Shown: positions 18,830-28,039, counted from the first letter of the stretch. The stretch is 64,000 nucleotides of DNA from a virus (IMGVR_UViG_2595698431_000001:5392-69391); one strand, 5' to 3'. The notes: generated by a model not told the origin, from the sequence alone. Made by a program: numbers and translations.

Positions 18830-19945
18830 ATGTTCAACGAACTCCCTATCGGCGCGGTCGTGCGTCTTCGTAACGGCAAGACCGTAACAATTATCGAAAA
18901 ACCAGTGGAACGGCCTTTTAGTGCCGAGTATGTTGTATGGGCAAAAAGCGTTTCGGGTGATGTTGATACATGGACCAAAACAGGAGAGTTTCTCGTTGAT
19001 TGCACAGACGGCTATGACATGGTCGATGTCGTCAATTATGGCCCGGTCGGTACGGTCGATCCTGATGTTGCTGAAATCGACCGTCTCATTGCACAGCTTC
19101 GGGAACTTGGCGCACCGACTCCGAAAACATGCGGCGCTCTTGTTCCCGTCATTGATCGTCAGGCGATGATTCAGACGTTGCGCGGGTTGATACCGCCGAC
19201 ACGCGTCAAGGCTCCTGTCGTGGCCGCTGTGGCCGAAGCACTGAAGGAAGACGAGACGGAAAGTCGTATTCGTTCGCTTCTTCATATCTATCGGCGTTGT
19301 TCCATCGATCCCGCGCCGCCGATTCGTCGTTCGGATTCATTGAGGAACATGGCAACACATATCGGTTTCGTCGAGAATGTGACGAGGGCGATAGAAGATG
19401 CTTTCGAAATCAAAATCACCGACGAGATTCGCGACGAATGGGAAAAAGTTCAGGACGTTTACCAGACCGTCAAACGCCTTCAAAACCCTCCAAAACCAAT
19501 CAATCGGATCGACCGTACCGACGTCGAGAACTTCCGAACGGGTAATTACGCGGAACGCGACTCTTTTAACCAGTACCAGAAAATCGCCACGCGCTCGGCG
19601 ATCTATCCGGGACAGGGAACACCGTTCGGCGTCATGTATGCCGCACTCGGTTTGGCTGAAGCCGGGGAAATCCAGAACAAAGTCAAGAAAATGTTCCGCG
19701 ACGACGGCGTGATTGAATTCATCGATACACCTTTCCGCGAGGGCGACAACCTTGTTCGCTTCAAGACCATCACACCGGAGCGCCGCCTTGCCATCATGAA
19801 AGAAATGGGCGGTAACCTGTGGTATTTGGCGGCACTGGCAAAGGAGATCGGATCGACCCTTTCGGAAATCGCTTTCATGAACCTTGACGAACTGTGCGGG
19901 CGCACGGAACGCGACACGTTGAATGGCGACGGGGATAACCGATAA
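18830..19945 (+). CDS. Multidomain protein: RLRNG module, acyl-carrier-protein-like domain, MazG-like pyrophosphohydrolase
   Basis: IEDAFEIKITDE...VQDVYQTV (ACP-like); FNQYQ...LGLAEAGE..NKVKK...KEMGGNLWY...GDGDNR (MazG-like). Confidence 0.75.
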   Translation: MFNELPIGAVVRLRNGKTVTIIEKPVERPFSAEYVVWAKSVSGDVDTWTKTGEFLVDCTDGYDMVDVVNYGPVGTVDPDVAEIDRLIAQLRELGAPTPKTCGALVPVIDRQAMIQTLRGLIPPTRVKAPVVAAVAEALKEDETESRIRSLLHIYRRCSIDPAPPIRRSDSLRNMATHIGFVENVTRAIEDAFEIKITDEIRDEWEKVQDVYQTVKRLQNPPKPINRIDRTDVENFRTGNYAERDSFNQYQKIATRSAIYPGQGTPFGVMYAALGLAEAGEIQNKVKKMFRDDGVIEFIDTPFREGDNLVRFKTITPERRLAIMKEMGGNLWYLAALAKEIGSTLSEIAFMNLDELCGRTERDTLNGDGDNR

Positions 19946-20133
19946 TGCCGGATAAACCGCCCGTAGACGTGAAAAATTCTCCGTCTTTATTCACCACGAT
20001 TGTGGGGTTCGGCGTTGTTGGTTTCATCGTCGGCACCCTTCTTTTTCACGTAACCAACACTTCCAGCAAACTGATTTCGATTGAATTCAAACTCAATCGA
20101 ATCGAACGTCTCATCAAGGAAAATCAGAAATGA
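19945..20133 (+). CDS. Small membrane protein
   Basis: One hydrophobic helix; TAATG coupling. Confidence 0.6.
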   Translation: MPDKPPVDVKNSPSLFTTIVGFGVVGFIVGTLLFHVTNTSSKLISIEFKLNRIERLIKENQK

Positions 20134-20468
20134 CACACCACGTTTTGAAAGCTCATCCGCCGATGTTCTATGCGGTGAAGGACGGCACGAAGAATTTCGA
20201 AGTACGCAAGGATGACCGGGCGTTTCAGACCGGTGATACGGTTGAAATCACTTATTTCGAACCGCCAGTGGCTCCCGCGCCTCCTATGTCACAGTCATTC
20301 GCACCCGCACCGTGGCCTTCCCCCGCATACGAAACACCGAAGGAAGTAAGGATTCGCAAGGAAGATCGTACACCCTATTTCGGCGAAATCACGTTCGTTC
20401 TCCGGGGAAATCAATACGGTGTGGAAGACGGCTATGTCGTGCTGGCGCTTCGTGAATTGAAGGATTGA
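20130..20468 (+). CDS. ASCH/DUF3850 domain protein
   Basis: HVLK...FYAVKDGTKNFEVRKDDRAFQTGD...GYVVL. Confidence 0.8.
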   Translation: MTHHVLKAHPPMFYAVKDGTKNFEVRKDDRAFQTGDTVEITYFEPPVAPAPPMSQSFAPAPWPSPAYETPKEVRIRKEDRTPYFGEITFVLRGNQYGVEDGYVVLALRELKD

Positions 20469-20528
20469 CGCCCTACAAATTACGTGTATTTATAACCCTC
20501 ATGATTTGTATTTCATGAGGGTTTTTTA

Positions 20529-21128
20529 ATGTCCGAATTTATCGGAAAAACGGTGCGTCTGCGCAATGGTGTTGTCACAGGTCCGATTAAGACGCGGGAT
20601 CAATACACGTGTAAAACATACCCTTTGACGGACGGCGTTTACACATGGACCGCCGAAGGAAAAAACATTATCGGCGGTCCCGATAATGAATACGACATTG
20701 TCGAAATCCTTGATGAAATTGGTTTGACCAATGGTTCCACAATTTTTCTTACGAGGGGCGAAGAAAAAATTAATAGTGTCGCCCCTGTGGAACTGACCGC
20801 GACGCCTTCGCTCGGTCGCATCTATCTTGCCGGTCCTATGGCTGGATATCCTGAACGGAATTACCCCGCCTTTCACAACGCGGCACGCTTGCTTCGTTCG
20901 CTCGGTTTTGAGGTTTATAACCCCGCCGAGTACGAAGCGAATGAGCGCTTCAAGGGTAAGGAGGATCGCAGCGAATTCCCGCTTCGGGAAGCCTTCACCG
21001 AATACACGAATTACATTCTCAATCGCGCCGAGATCATTGCGCTTCTTCCGGGGCACGAACGATCTGTCGGAGCAAGCGCCGAACTTGCGCTTGCGCGCGT
21101 CGTGAAACTGAAGGAAGTTCACCTTTGA
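20529..21128 (+). CDS. DUF4406/nucleoside 2-deoxyribosyltransferase-like protein with N-terminal RLRNG module
   Basis: IYLAGPMAG...NYPAF...NPAE...LPGHERSVGASAE. Confidence 0.8.
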   Translation: MSEFIGKTVRLRNGVVTGPIKTRDQYTCKTYPLTDGVYTWTAEGKNIIGGPDNEYDIVEILDEIGLTNGSTIFLTRGEEKINSVAPVELTATPSLGRIYLAGPMAGYPERNYPAFHNAARLLRSLGFEVYNPAEYEANERFKGKEDRSEFPLREAFTEYTNYILNRAEIIALLPGHERSVGASAELALARVVKLKEVHL

Positions 21129-21331
21129 TGACCCCCGATGAAGTAAGCAAATGGCTCGACGACGTTCGCACGAGCCGCCCCGGCATTCTCGACAAGGAAA
21201 TAGCCTTCGAAATCGGCCGCTCTGACCAGTGGTTAGCGGACGCCAAGAAGACCGGGGTCAAGATGAAAACCCCCGTGCTTGCGATGCGCTGGTACTTGCA
21301 CAGTCTGCAAAAACCGAAGTGCGCGAAATGA
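21128..21331 (+). CDS. Small HTH-like protein
   Basis: DKEIAFEIGRSDQWL. Confidence 0.5.
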   Translation: MTPDEVSKWLDDVRTSRPGILDKEIAFEIGRSDQWLADAKKTGVKMKTPVLAMRWYLHSLQKPKCAK

Positions 21332-21522
21332 TCGTCGGCGGCTATCAGATGGACCTGTATTGCGACACGGAACCGGAATGCCCGCATCAAAGCAGGATCA
21401 CCAGTGTTCAGGCGCAATATGTCGGGCAAACGGAGCGGGAATGCCTGAAACAAGCTCGTAAAGACGGCTGGAAATTCAAGAAGGCTAACACCTTGTGTTA
21501 TTGCGCCGGGTGTTCGAAATGA
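21328..21522 (+). CDS. Small Cys-rich protein
   Basis: LYCD...C...ARKDGW...CAGC. Confidence 0.6.
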   Translation: MIVGGYQMDLYCDTEPECPHQSRITSVQAQYVGQTERECLKQARKDGWKFKKANTLCYCAGCSK

Positions 21523-21890
21523 TCGTTCTGGTTTTCGGCGGTCGTGATTTTAGAGACAGGTTCGCGGTTCATAAGGCGTTTGCCGAATTCACCGCCCGAA
21601 TCGGTATCATAAATCAAGTTGTGCACGGTAATGCGCGCGGTGCCGATCTGACGGGCGCACAAGTGGCGATTGACCTTGGCATACCTACGCGTGCTTTCCC
21701 TGCCGATTGGGACAAGTACGGAAAGGGCGCTGGACCTATCCGAAATCAACAGATGATCGACGAAGGGAATATTCAGGCCGCTATCGGTTTTCCCGGTGGC
21801 CGTGGAACTGCCGACATGGTTTCACGTTTGGCAAAGCATGGAATTCCCCTTTGGAACGCCGGGGCTATACCGGTTGACAACTACAAATAG
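21519..21890 (+). CDS. SLOG-family protein (DUF2493/YspA-like)
   Basis: VFGGRDF...HGNARGAD...ADWDKYGKGAGPIRNQQM...FPGGRGTADM. Confidence 0.85.
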   Translation: MIVLVFGGRDFRDRFAVHKAFAEFTARIGIINQVVHGNARGADLTGAQVAIDLGIPTRAFPADWDKYGKGAGPIRNQQMIDEGNIQAAIGFPGGRGTADMVSRLAKHGIPLWNAGAIPVDNYK

Positions 21891-21902
21891 TTTGTATAAG
21901 GT
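21874..21902 (+). promoter_or_regulatory. Early promoter with embedded palindromic operator (motif A)
   Basis: TTGACA-N17-TAAGGT enclosing TACAAATAGTTTGTA. Confidence 0.75.
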
Positions 21903-21927
21903 CACTTCATAACAAGGAGCGACCCAC

Positions 21928-22062
21928 ATGTTCAAACTCAATATCGCTGGAAACTGGTATCAATCGGAAATCAAGGGCGGTGATGGCATGTGGTTGTTCG
22001 CTCGTCGCCCCGGCGATTACAAGGAAGTGCCGCTTTTCTATCAGGAGACAATGGGACTATGA
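21928..22062 (+). CDS. Small hypothetical protein (44 aa; not in ORF track)
   Basis: AAGGAG RBS after the motif-A promoter; ATGA overlap with next gene. Confidence 0.6.
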   Translation: MFKLNIAGNWYQSEIKGGDGMWLFARRPGDYKEVPLFYQETMGL

Positions 22063-22199
22063 CACCTTTCATGCAGGGAAGACTCGCGGGCAAGCTCGGC
22101 AAAGGTCGCTGTACCAATCCTTACGAACGCGGCACCGAAGAATATCGGCAGTGGCTTGAAGGATATTCCGACGGGGCAATGATCCTTACAAATGGCTGA
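22059..22199 (+). CDS. Rmf-like small protein
   Basis: F.QG..AG..G....NPY.......QWLEGY. Confidence 0.55.
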   Translation: MTPFMQGRLAGKLGKGRCTNPYERGTEEYRQWLEGYSDGAMILTNG

Positions 22200-22674
22200 C
22201 GGCTATCAGGCGGCGTTCAGAGACGGCACATTTGCCTATCGGGCAGGTGATTACGAAAACCCGTTCGATGACGAACCGCAATCGACAGCATGGCTGAACG
22301 GATGGCGTTTTGAAATGGATGTTCAGAACGAATTCATTGTGTTTGTCTTCGGCTCGAATCTTGCCGGTCGTCACGGCAAAGGTGCGGCTCTATCCGCCGC
22401 GCGCTTCCATGGCGCGATACGCGGGCAAGGCGTCGGGTTTATGGGGTCATGCTACGCGATACCGACGAAGGGTTATAATCTGGAAGTCTTGCCGCTCGAC
22501 GTTATCGAAAAGCATGTTCACAGGTTTCTGGTTTTTGCGACCATGAACAGGCTTATCACCTTCAGGTTGACACCTATCGGGTGCGGTCTTGCAGGCTACA
22601 CACCAAACCAAATCGCGCCGATGTTCAAGGGCGCACCATCGAACATAATCATGCCAGCGGAGTTTAAGACATGA
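22192..22674 (+). CDS. Rmf-like N-terminal module fused to an FVFGSN-family (macro-like) phage domain
   Basis: ENPF...AWLNGW then FVFGSNLAGRHGKGAA...YAIPT...TPIGCGLAG. Confidence 0.7.
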   Translation: MADGYQAAFRDGTFAYRAGDYENPFDDEPQSTAWLNGWRFEMDVQNEFIVFVFGSNLAGRHGKGAALSAARFHGAIRGQGVGFMGSCYAIPTKGYNLEVLPLDVIEKHVHRFLVFATMNRLITFRLTPIGCGLAGYTPNQIAPMFKGAPSNIIMPAEFKT

Positions 22675-23096
22675 TTTCTACACGGGTCGAAAAGGCCGAA
22701 GTGATCGCAAAGTTGATTCCCATTATTGACGAGTTGGTGACATGGGAAAAAGAACACCGGGAAGACAGAAACCCCGGAAGGTTCAATCTTGCAAATCGTA
22801 TCAGATTTACGATTTTCGAAAACACTCGGTTCGCCGCCAGACTTTTCAGACTGTGCGAGTTCCGGGGCGATTCTTTCATTACCATCGACCTTGAAAGTGT
22901 CGATGCGTACAGGTCTCTGACGCTCGAAAGAGTGCGGGCCGAATTCGCAGCCTATGACAATGCGCGGGCCGAATTCGTAGAACGTCCGGTGCCTGTCAAA
23001 CCTGCCGTCACCTATGACGATAATCAGCGGGCACATGACGCGGTTCTGTGTTCTCTCATCATCGTTACGATTTCACTCATCGCCGCATTTGCTTAG
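22671..23096 (+). CDS. Hypothetical protein with C-terminal TM helix
   Basis: ATGA overlap; hydrophobic tail. Confidence 0.6.
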   Translation: MISTRVEKAEVIAKLIPIIDELVTWEKEHREDRNPGRFNLANRIRFTIFENTRFAARLFRLCEFRGDSFITIDLESVDAYRSLTLERVRAEFAAYDNARAEFVERPVPVKPAVTYDDNQRAHDAVLCSLIIVTISLIAAFA

Positions 23097-23108
23097 GGGA
23101 AAATTAAC

Positions 23109-23309
23109 ATGAGACTGATAGGCTCAACATATGGTCTTGCTGCGGCAATATTGGTTTCTGCGATGCTGGAGCCAAGCCAAAAAATCGGCATGGCTCGTGA
23201 ATACGGAGAACTCCGTAGGTCGAAACACCCGAACCATAACGGGCCGGTGATCGACACCACAAAGGAAAGCAAGCGCGCCAAGCGCCGCAGGATGGCTAAG
23301 GGGAAATGA
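23109..23309 (+). CDS. Small basic hypothetical protein
   Basis: GGGG RBS; packed in operon. Confidence 0.55.
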   Translation: MRLIGSTYGLAAAILVSAMLEPSQKIGMAREYGELRRSKHPNHNGPVIDTTKESKRAKRRRMAKGK

Positions 23310-23491
23310 TGCATAAATTTTCGGTGCAGACGTTCAAGGGCAAGACAATCGAATGCCCTGACGAGACAGCGGCACACACGAAAGCCAAAGAGCTTTCGAG
23401 GGTTGACCGCAGTGCGACGGTTATCCGGTATTCGCCGGGGAAGATCGGTTACACGGCGGTTGCCAAGTATCGCGGAGGGGTGAAGATATGA
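23306..23491 (+). CDS. Small hypothetical protein
   Basis: ATGA overlaps; similar to the next gene. Confidence 0.6.
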   Translation: MMHKFSVQTFKGKTIECPDETAAHTKAKELSRVDRSATVIRYSPGKIGYTAVAKYRGGVKI

Positions 23492-23829
23492 TCTACAAAT
23501 ACGATATTTATTCCCGTGCGAAAGTCGTCGATTCAACTACCGACAAGGAAGAAGCCAAGCGCAAGGCGCGCATTCGTTCAAGGTCGGACGACGACCATGT
23601 GATTGTCTTCAGGCGCACGATTGCGACGGGACGGCGCTATACGGTGGCGCATTATTTTTCGGGTGAGGATATCACCGGCAAGCACTACATGGCCGGTATG
23701 GATCGCAAGTTTTCACCGGGTGCCGTTGTCGCGTTGATTGCCGCCCTGTCGTTCCTGATGGCGTTTCTGGCTTTCACGAGCCTTCCCGCCTGCGAAATTG
23801 TCTCTTGCTTTCACGCGGTGAACAGATGA
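23488..23829 (+). CDS. Hypothetical membrane protein
   Basis: C-terminal TM helix; N-terminal domain similar to 23306-23491. Confidence 0.6.
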   Translation: MIYKYDIYSRAKVVDSTTDKEEAKRKARIRSRSDDDHVIVFRRTIATGRRYTVAHYFSGEDITGKHYMAGMDRKFSPGAVVALIAALSFLMAFLAFTSLPACEIVSCFHAVNR

Positions 23830-24176
23830 CCCGATATATTCGCGTAAATGACGGGGTCGCAATCCCCGGTATCGAACTCGCTCCCGAAATGAAAAAAGGA
23901 TACGTGTTCGAAAGTGAAGAAACCCGCATTATCGAACAATGGACGCACGTTATCGGTCCCGACGGGACAGCGCACGCGGCAAGGGATATCGAGCCGCACA
24001 GTCTGCCGACGGAAGCGGAGGTTCTCGACCACATCATGAAGCACGCCGTCTATAACGGCAACGGGACATACAGCACGTTCGAACGCCGGGACGATGACAA
24101 GATTGACCGTATCGCCGCACTTGTCGCCAAGATAGTGACCGGGCAGAAAGTTACTTTGGAGGATATCGGCAAATGA
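23826..24176 (+). CDS. Hypothetical protein
   Basis: ATGA overlaps on both sides. Confidence 0.65.
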   Translation: MTRYIRVNDGVAIPGIELAPEMKKGYVFESEETRIIEQWTHVIGPDGTAHAARDIEPHSLPTEAEVLDHIMKHAVYNGNGTYSTFERRDDDKIDRIAALVAKIVTGQKVTLEDIGK

Positions 24177-24361
24177 AAATTGAAGGTTACACGGAAGTCG
24201 GTCTAAAAAACCTCATTGACTCCGGTCAGCGATGGAAGAACGCGCGCCGCGCGGTGTGTGAAGCAAGCGTTTTCGATGCGACTTACCGCGCTAAACTGAA
24301 CGAATTGTCTGAAGCTGAAGACGCGTTGTCGCGGGCTGTTTCGGAGGATATCGGCAAATGA
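24173..24361 (+). CDS. Small hypothetical protein flanked by 20-bp direct repeats
   Basis: GGAGGATATCGGCAAATGAA at 24158 and 24343. Confidence 0.65.
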   Translation: MKIEGYTEVGLKNLIDSGQRWKNARRAVCEASVFDATYRAKLNELSEAEDALSRAVSEDIGK

Positions 24362-24564
24362 ACGACCATGGAAACATTTTCCCCCGATCTGAATTCAAAG
24401 TTCCCATGCCTGACGTCAAACCGCCGAAGAACCAAAAGCGCCACAAGAACGCCTATCGGGCCGGGTATCTTGCAGCCGTGGCGAAACTGAAGGAATTGCC
24501 GAACTCGCTCGAACTGGAAGCCATCGTGAAATATCTCGAAAATTGTACGCCGGATAAATTATAA
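24358..24564 (+). CDS. Small hypothetical protein
   Basis: GGAGG RBS; ATGA overlap. Confidence 0.6.
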   Translation: MNDHGNIFPRSEFKVPMPDVKPPKNQKRHKNAYRAGYLAAVAKLKELPNSLELEAIVKYLENCTPDKL

Positions 24565-24785
24565 TGGATCACAACCAGTTTTCAGAATGCCCTTTGTGTA
24601 ACCGTGGTTTTTCACCGCACGGTAGACATGTCGAATATCCTGACGTTGAAAAAATTCTTAAGAAATACGCCGATGCTGGTATGTTGAGACCGATGTTTAT
24701 CACACAGATAGCTTGCGAGATTTCCGGTCAGAACACCCCTTCCCCCGGTACATTTTCTTTTAAAGAAGTGTTCGATAAGGGTTGA
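24564..24785 (+). CDS. Small hypothetical protein (CxxC)
   Basis: TAATG coupling. Confidence 0.55.
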   Translation: MDHNQFSECPLCNRGFSPHGRHVEYPDVEKILKKYADAGMLRPMFITQIACEISGQNTPSPGTFSFKEVFDKG

Positions 24786-24810
24786 CTGATACAAATAGAT
24801 TGTATAATCT
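24782..24810 (+). promoter_or_regulatory. Early promoter/operator (motif A)
   Basis: TTGACT-N17-TAATCT enclosing TACAAATAGATTGTA. Confidence 0.75.
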
Positions 24811-24835
24811 GCGTACAACTAAGCGGAGAAATACA

Positions 24836-25249
24836 ATGTTTGAATCAGGCACAGTTCTTGAAATGACGAACGGAAACTATATCGTTCGCTTCTTCAGCTT
24901 CGAGGGTCAGATTTCGTTCGTCAAACCACCGCACGTCGCAAAAACCGACGTCGAAGAATGCAATATCACGCGGGCGTTGCTTCTTGTCGAAGCGGCCAAG
25001 CGCAAGGGATATAAGGTCGTTCCGTCGACATGGAACGTCAAGTTCCTCACGAACCGTCAGCGCGAAGTTCTCGCCAAGATCGCCGAACACCCGCTTCGCA
25101 AATTCGAAAGCGGCGTGAAGATCGACACGTTCGAACCTCTCATCAATTACGGCCTCATCAACAATTGGAATCGGTCGGGTGAATTTCACATTACGGCGGC
25201 GGGGAGGATGTTCCTTGCCGGTATCTCGAATATGAGGGAAGCAGCATGA
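24836..25249 (+). CDS. Hypothetical protein with C-terminal winged-helix-like motif
   Basis: GGAG RBS; LTNRQREVL...LINYGLI...ITAAGR. Confidence 0.65.
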   Translation: MFESGTVLEMTNGNYIVRFFSFEGQISFVKPPHVAKTDVEECNITRALLLVEAAKRKGYKVVPSTWNVKFLTNRQREVLAKIAEHPLRKFESGVKIDTFEPLINYGLINNWNRSGEFHITAAGRMFLAGISNMREAA

Positions 25250-25713
25250 CCGAATTCATTTACACCGGGAAAAACAACTATAACGGAAAGACCTTTTACG
25301 GGTTCATTTCGGTCGATCTTCATGACACCATCGTAGCGCAAAATATCCCCGTGGGTGCCAGTAATGAAATGACCCGTAAAACCTCTTGGTTCCCGATGAA
25401 GAAAGCACCGGCTTATTCCATCGGCGGTGTCTACTCGTTCCCCAAAGGATTCACCCTGAACGACGACGGCATGATAAGCGGCTTTACCGGTGACCCGTCG
25501 TTCGTCAGGTCGTTCAATTCCCCGTTCACCATCGTGTGGCAACAAAAGAGCCGGGAAGTCGAGGAAGAAAAACAACTCGCATCACGCGAAAAGGCGGCTG
25601 TGAATGACCCGGAGCTTCAGAAAGCAATTAACGTTCTGAAGGATCGCTATAGCCGCCTTCCGACAATGTCCCGCCGTTCCTTCAAACTCTGGCTTACGGA
25701 GCAACTTCAATGA
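25246..25713 (+). CDS. Hypothetical protein
   Basis: ATGA overlaps. Confidence 0.65.
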   Translation: MTEFIYTGKNNYNGKTFYGFISVDLHDTIVAQNIPVGASNEMTRKTSWFPMKKAPAYSIGGVYSFPKGFTLNDDGMISGFTGDPSFVRSFNSPFTIVWQQKSREVEEEKQLASREKAAVNDPELQKAINVLKDRYSRLPTMSRRSFKLWLTEQLQ

Positions 25714-26138
25714 TTATCGAAAACATCAAACTTCATTGGGCGCACATTTACGGTGACATGCCTGATTACAACGACATTAAGTCCCGCAACAAAGCCGGGG
25801 TGCAGGCGTTCGCAGGACCGGAACAACCGGCAACACTGGAAGAATTTTCTTTCCTTCGTGAGTACGGACCCCATGAGGGAAAGCGGGTATTCAAAGCGAC
25901 TTCGCTTCATGTCTGCCGTGTGGAAGTCGTCGGCAGGATGTACGGAACGTTTGCCGACATGATGGAAGTTCTGGACACTGCGAACGTGAACCGCAACCGC
26001 ATCTTCACTACCGGTCCTGTCTCGGTCGACGTCGACCCCGGCGTTCGCGAGGAAGGCGCAAGGGCGTTCAACTTCATCCACCTGAACAGAATCATTGTCG
26101 ACGTTGACAGGCTCGACATTTGGGAAGTTCTGAAATGA
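25710..26138 (+). CDS. Hypothetical protein
   Basis: ATGA overlaps; GGAG RBS. Confidence 0.65.
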   Translation: MIIENIKLHWAHIYGDMPDYNDIKSRNKAGVQAFAGPEQPATLEEFSFLREYGPHEGKRVFKATSLHVCRVEVVGRMYGTFADMMEVLDTANVNRNRIFTTGPVSVDVDPGVREEGARAFNFIHLNRIIVDVDRLDIWEVLK

Positions 26139-26560
26139 TGAAGGTTCACAAGTCCGAACTAGTGCCGCAAGGTCGCTTGTCGTTCTCTACTTTCGAGGAA
26201 TCGTTCCCATACCCTGAAATTATGAAGTGGTCGTTCAGTCTTCCGTTGCTTTGGCAGGGAAAGAGCGAGTTCGAACAGGTTTACCGGGACTTGGCAGCCG
26301 TTCGTCGGTTTCGTCGCTTCTTGCGCCCCGTGGCGGCTCCTGTGTCGGACCTGTGGACGTCTGCGACTTATCCGATGGGTGTTCCTGTCGAACATTCCTT
26401 CAGGCCAGTTGCTGTTATAGACGGTAAGTTTCTGGATATCGAATCGGACTTTTACCGTGGCTATTATACGGGTGACATTAGGTCACACCTTTCTTTTCGT
26501 GAATTCCTTTTGCGAAAATCGCTCAATGAAACATACGGGAGTCTGTACCGTGGACGCTAA
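26135..26560 (+). CDS. Hypothetical protein
   Basis: ATGA overlap. Confidence 0.55.
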   Translation: MMKVHKSELVPQGRLSFSTFEESFPYPEIMKWSFSLPLLWQGKSEFEQVYRDLAAVRRFRRFLRPVAAPVSDLWTSATYPMGVPVEHSFRPVAVIDGKFLDIESDFYRGYYTGDIRSHLSFREFLLRKSLNETYGSLYRGR

Positions 26561-26783
26561 GGAAATATTCGAAGCAAGTCCGAAACTTCGGGATGAAGCC
26601 GGGGAAGCTATCGAAAAAATCAACGCCGAGATTATCGAAAAATTCGGTCGCGGTGAAAACCGGACGGTCGGCGAAGTGATAGAACTCGTCACGACGGCAG
26701 GAACCGCATTCATCGGCGAAATCGAGAAATTCAGGACCGTGGAAAATGCCACGAAGGCAGCAAGGGAGGCCGTGGGGCTATGA
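26550..26783 (+). CDS. Small hypothetical protein
   Basis: GTG after GGGAG; ATGA overlap downstream. Confidence 0.55.
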   Translation: MDAKEIFEASPKLRDEAGEAIEKINAEIIEKFGRGENRTVGEVIELVTTAGTAFIGEIEKFRTVENATKAAREAVGL

Positions 26784-27172
26784 CGAAGGAAGAAACACTA
26801 AAGGCTATCGCTGTCATGCAAGCGTTCGCCGACGGAAAGCAGATCGCTGTTCATTGTTTCCGTGATGAAGGCTGGTATTTACTTCGACCAGACGATACCC
26901 CTAATTGGGATTGGGCGCGGAACGAGTATCGAATTGAACTTGAAAAGCCGTCAATCGACTGGTCGCATGTCGCGCCTGAATATCGGTTTCTTGCGGTCGA
27001 TGATGACGAACATGGTCACCTGTATCAAAACAAGCCCTTCAATCGGGCAGGTGATTGGGAAGACCCGACGAACCGAAAAATTTATGCGCCGCGTGCTTCG
27101 ACGTTCGCTTCATACAAGTGCGGTGATTGCCATTGGCGTGACAGCCTTGTCGAACGCCCTGAAGGCGTGTAA
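26780..27172 (+). CDS. Conserved phage hypothetical protein
   Basis: VMQAFADGK...PNWDW..YRI and IDWS..APEYRFLAVD...WRDSLVERP modules. Confidence 0.7.
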   Translation: MTKEETLKAIAVMQAFADGKQIAVHCFRDEGWYLLRPDDTPNWDWARNEYRIELEKPSIDWSHVAPEYRFLAVDDDEHGHLYQNKPFNRAGDWEDPTNRKIYAPRASTFASYKCGDCHWRDSLVERPEGV

Positions 27173-27267
27173 TGTAACGTTGCGGGTCGCCCCGTACCAG
27201 ACAACCCCACGATACCGGCCCGTGAACCGGAAAAATATCGTGGGGTTGTTCATTTTATGGTTGAACA

Positions 27268-27319
27268 CTACAAATCATTTGTATAAGGTAATTCCAGATC
27301 AACAGGAGATACCGACATG
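27268..27319 (+). repeat. 52-bp promoter-operator-RBS-ATG module, copy 1
   Basis: Identical to 33716-33767. Confidence 0.9.
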
Positions 27320-28039
27320 CAGATGACCAAGAAAGCACAGCGCGAAGCCGAAGTTCTCGAAAACCGCAAGGCGGCATACGTCAAGAAAGTAAGCGGTCTT
27401 TTGGGCCATGTGTTTGACCGCACTTTGCCGAAAGCAATTCTCACGGCCTTCGAAGCGGGCGTTACCGCTGACGCGTTCGCGGCATCCGTCGCTGCAAAGG
27501 AACCGGTCGGCCTGTGCATCCATCCTATGAAGGTTGACGCCGTCGATGCGATGGAAAAGAACGTTCGTGAGGCAATCGAAAAGTTGCTTGCAAAACTGGC
27601 TAAGCACGACGGCGACATTTTCAAGGCATTCCCCTATAACGAAAACTGGCGCACCCGTACTGAAAACGACAAGTACGACGAAAAGCTTCACAGCCACGTT
27701 CACACGCTGACGAAGAATACCGATGAACTCATTGAGGTTCGCGCCTATCATCGTCAGAACTTCAAGCGCGTTCCGAACCCTGAAGCCATCGAACATTTCG
27801 TTCAACAGAACCGTGATATCGCCGCCGCGAACTATGACGCATTCATTTGCAAGCTGGTTCACAAGGTCGGTCCCGACGTCGTCTCGGCGACGATCAACGG
27901 TTCTCACATTTGGGGCAATTCGATCCTGACCGTCACGAAGAAGAACGGCACCGTCGAGCGCTGGAACACTAAGACCATCTGGAACACTTCGAAGCTCGGC
28001 CTTTCTTTCAACCAGTGGCCCACACGTTTGATGAAATAA
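27317..28039 (+). CDS. Hypothetical early protein
   Basis: AGGAG RBS after a motif-A promoter; 240 aa. Confidence 0.75.
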   Translation: MQMTKKAQREAEVLENRKAAYVKKVSGLLGHVFDRTLPKAILTAFEAGVTADAFAASVAAKEPVGLCIHPMKVDAVDAMEKNVREAIEKLLAKLAKHDGDIFKAFPYNENWRTRTENDKYDEKLHSHVHTLTKNTDELIEVRAYHRQNFKRVPNPEAIEHFVQQNRDIAAANYDAFICKLVHKVGPDVVSATINGSHIWGNSILTVTKKNGTVERWNTKTIWNTSKLGLSFNQWPTRLMK

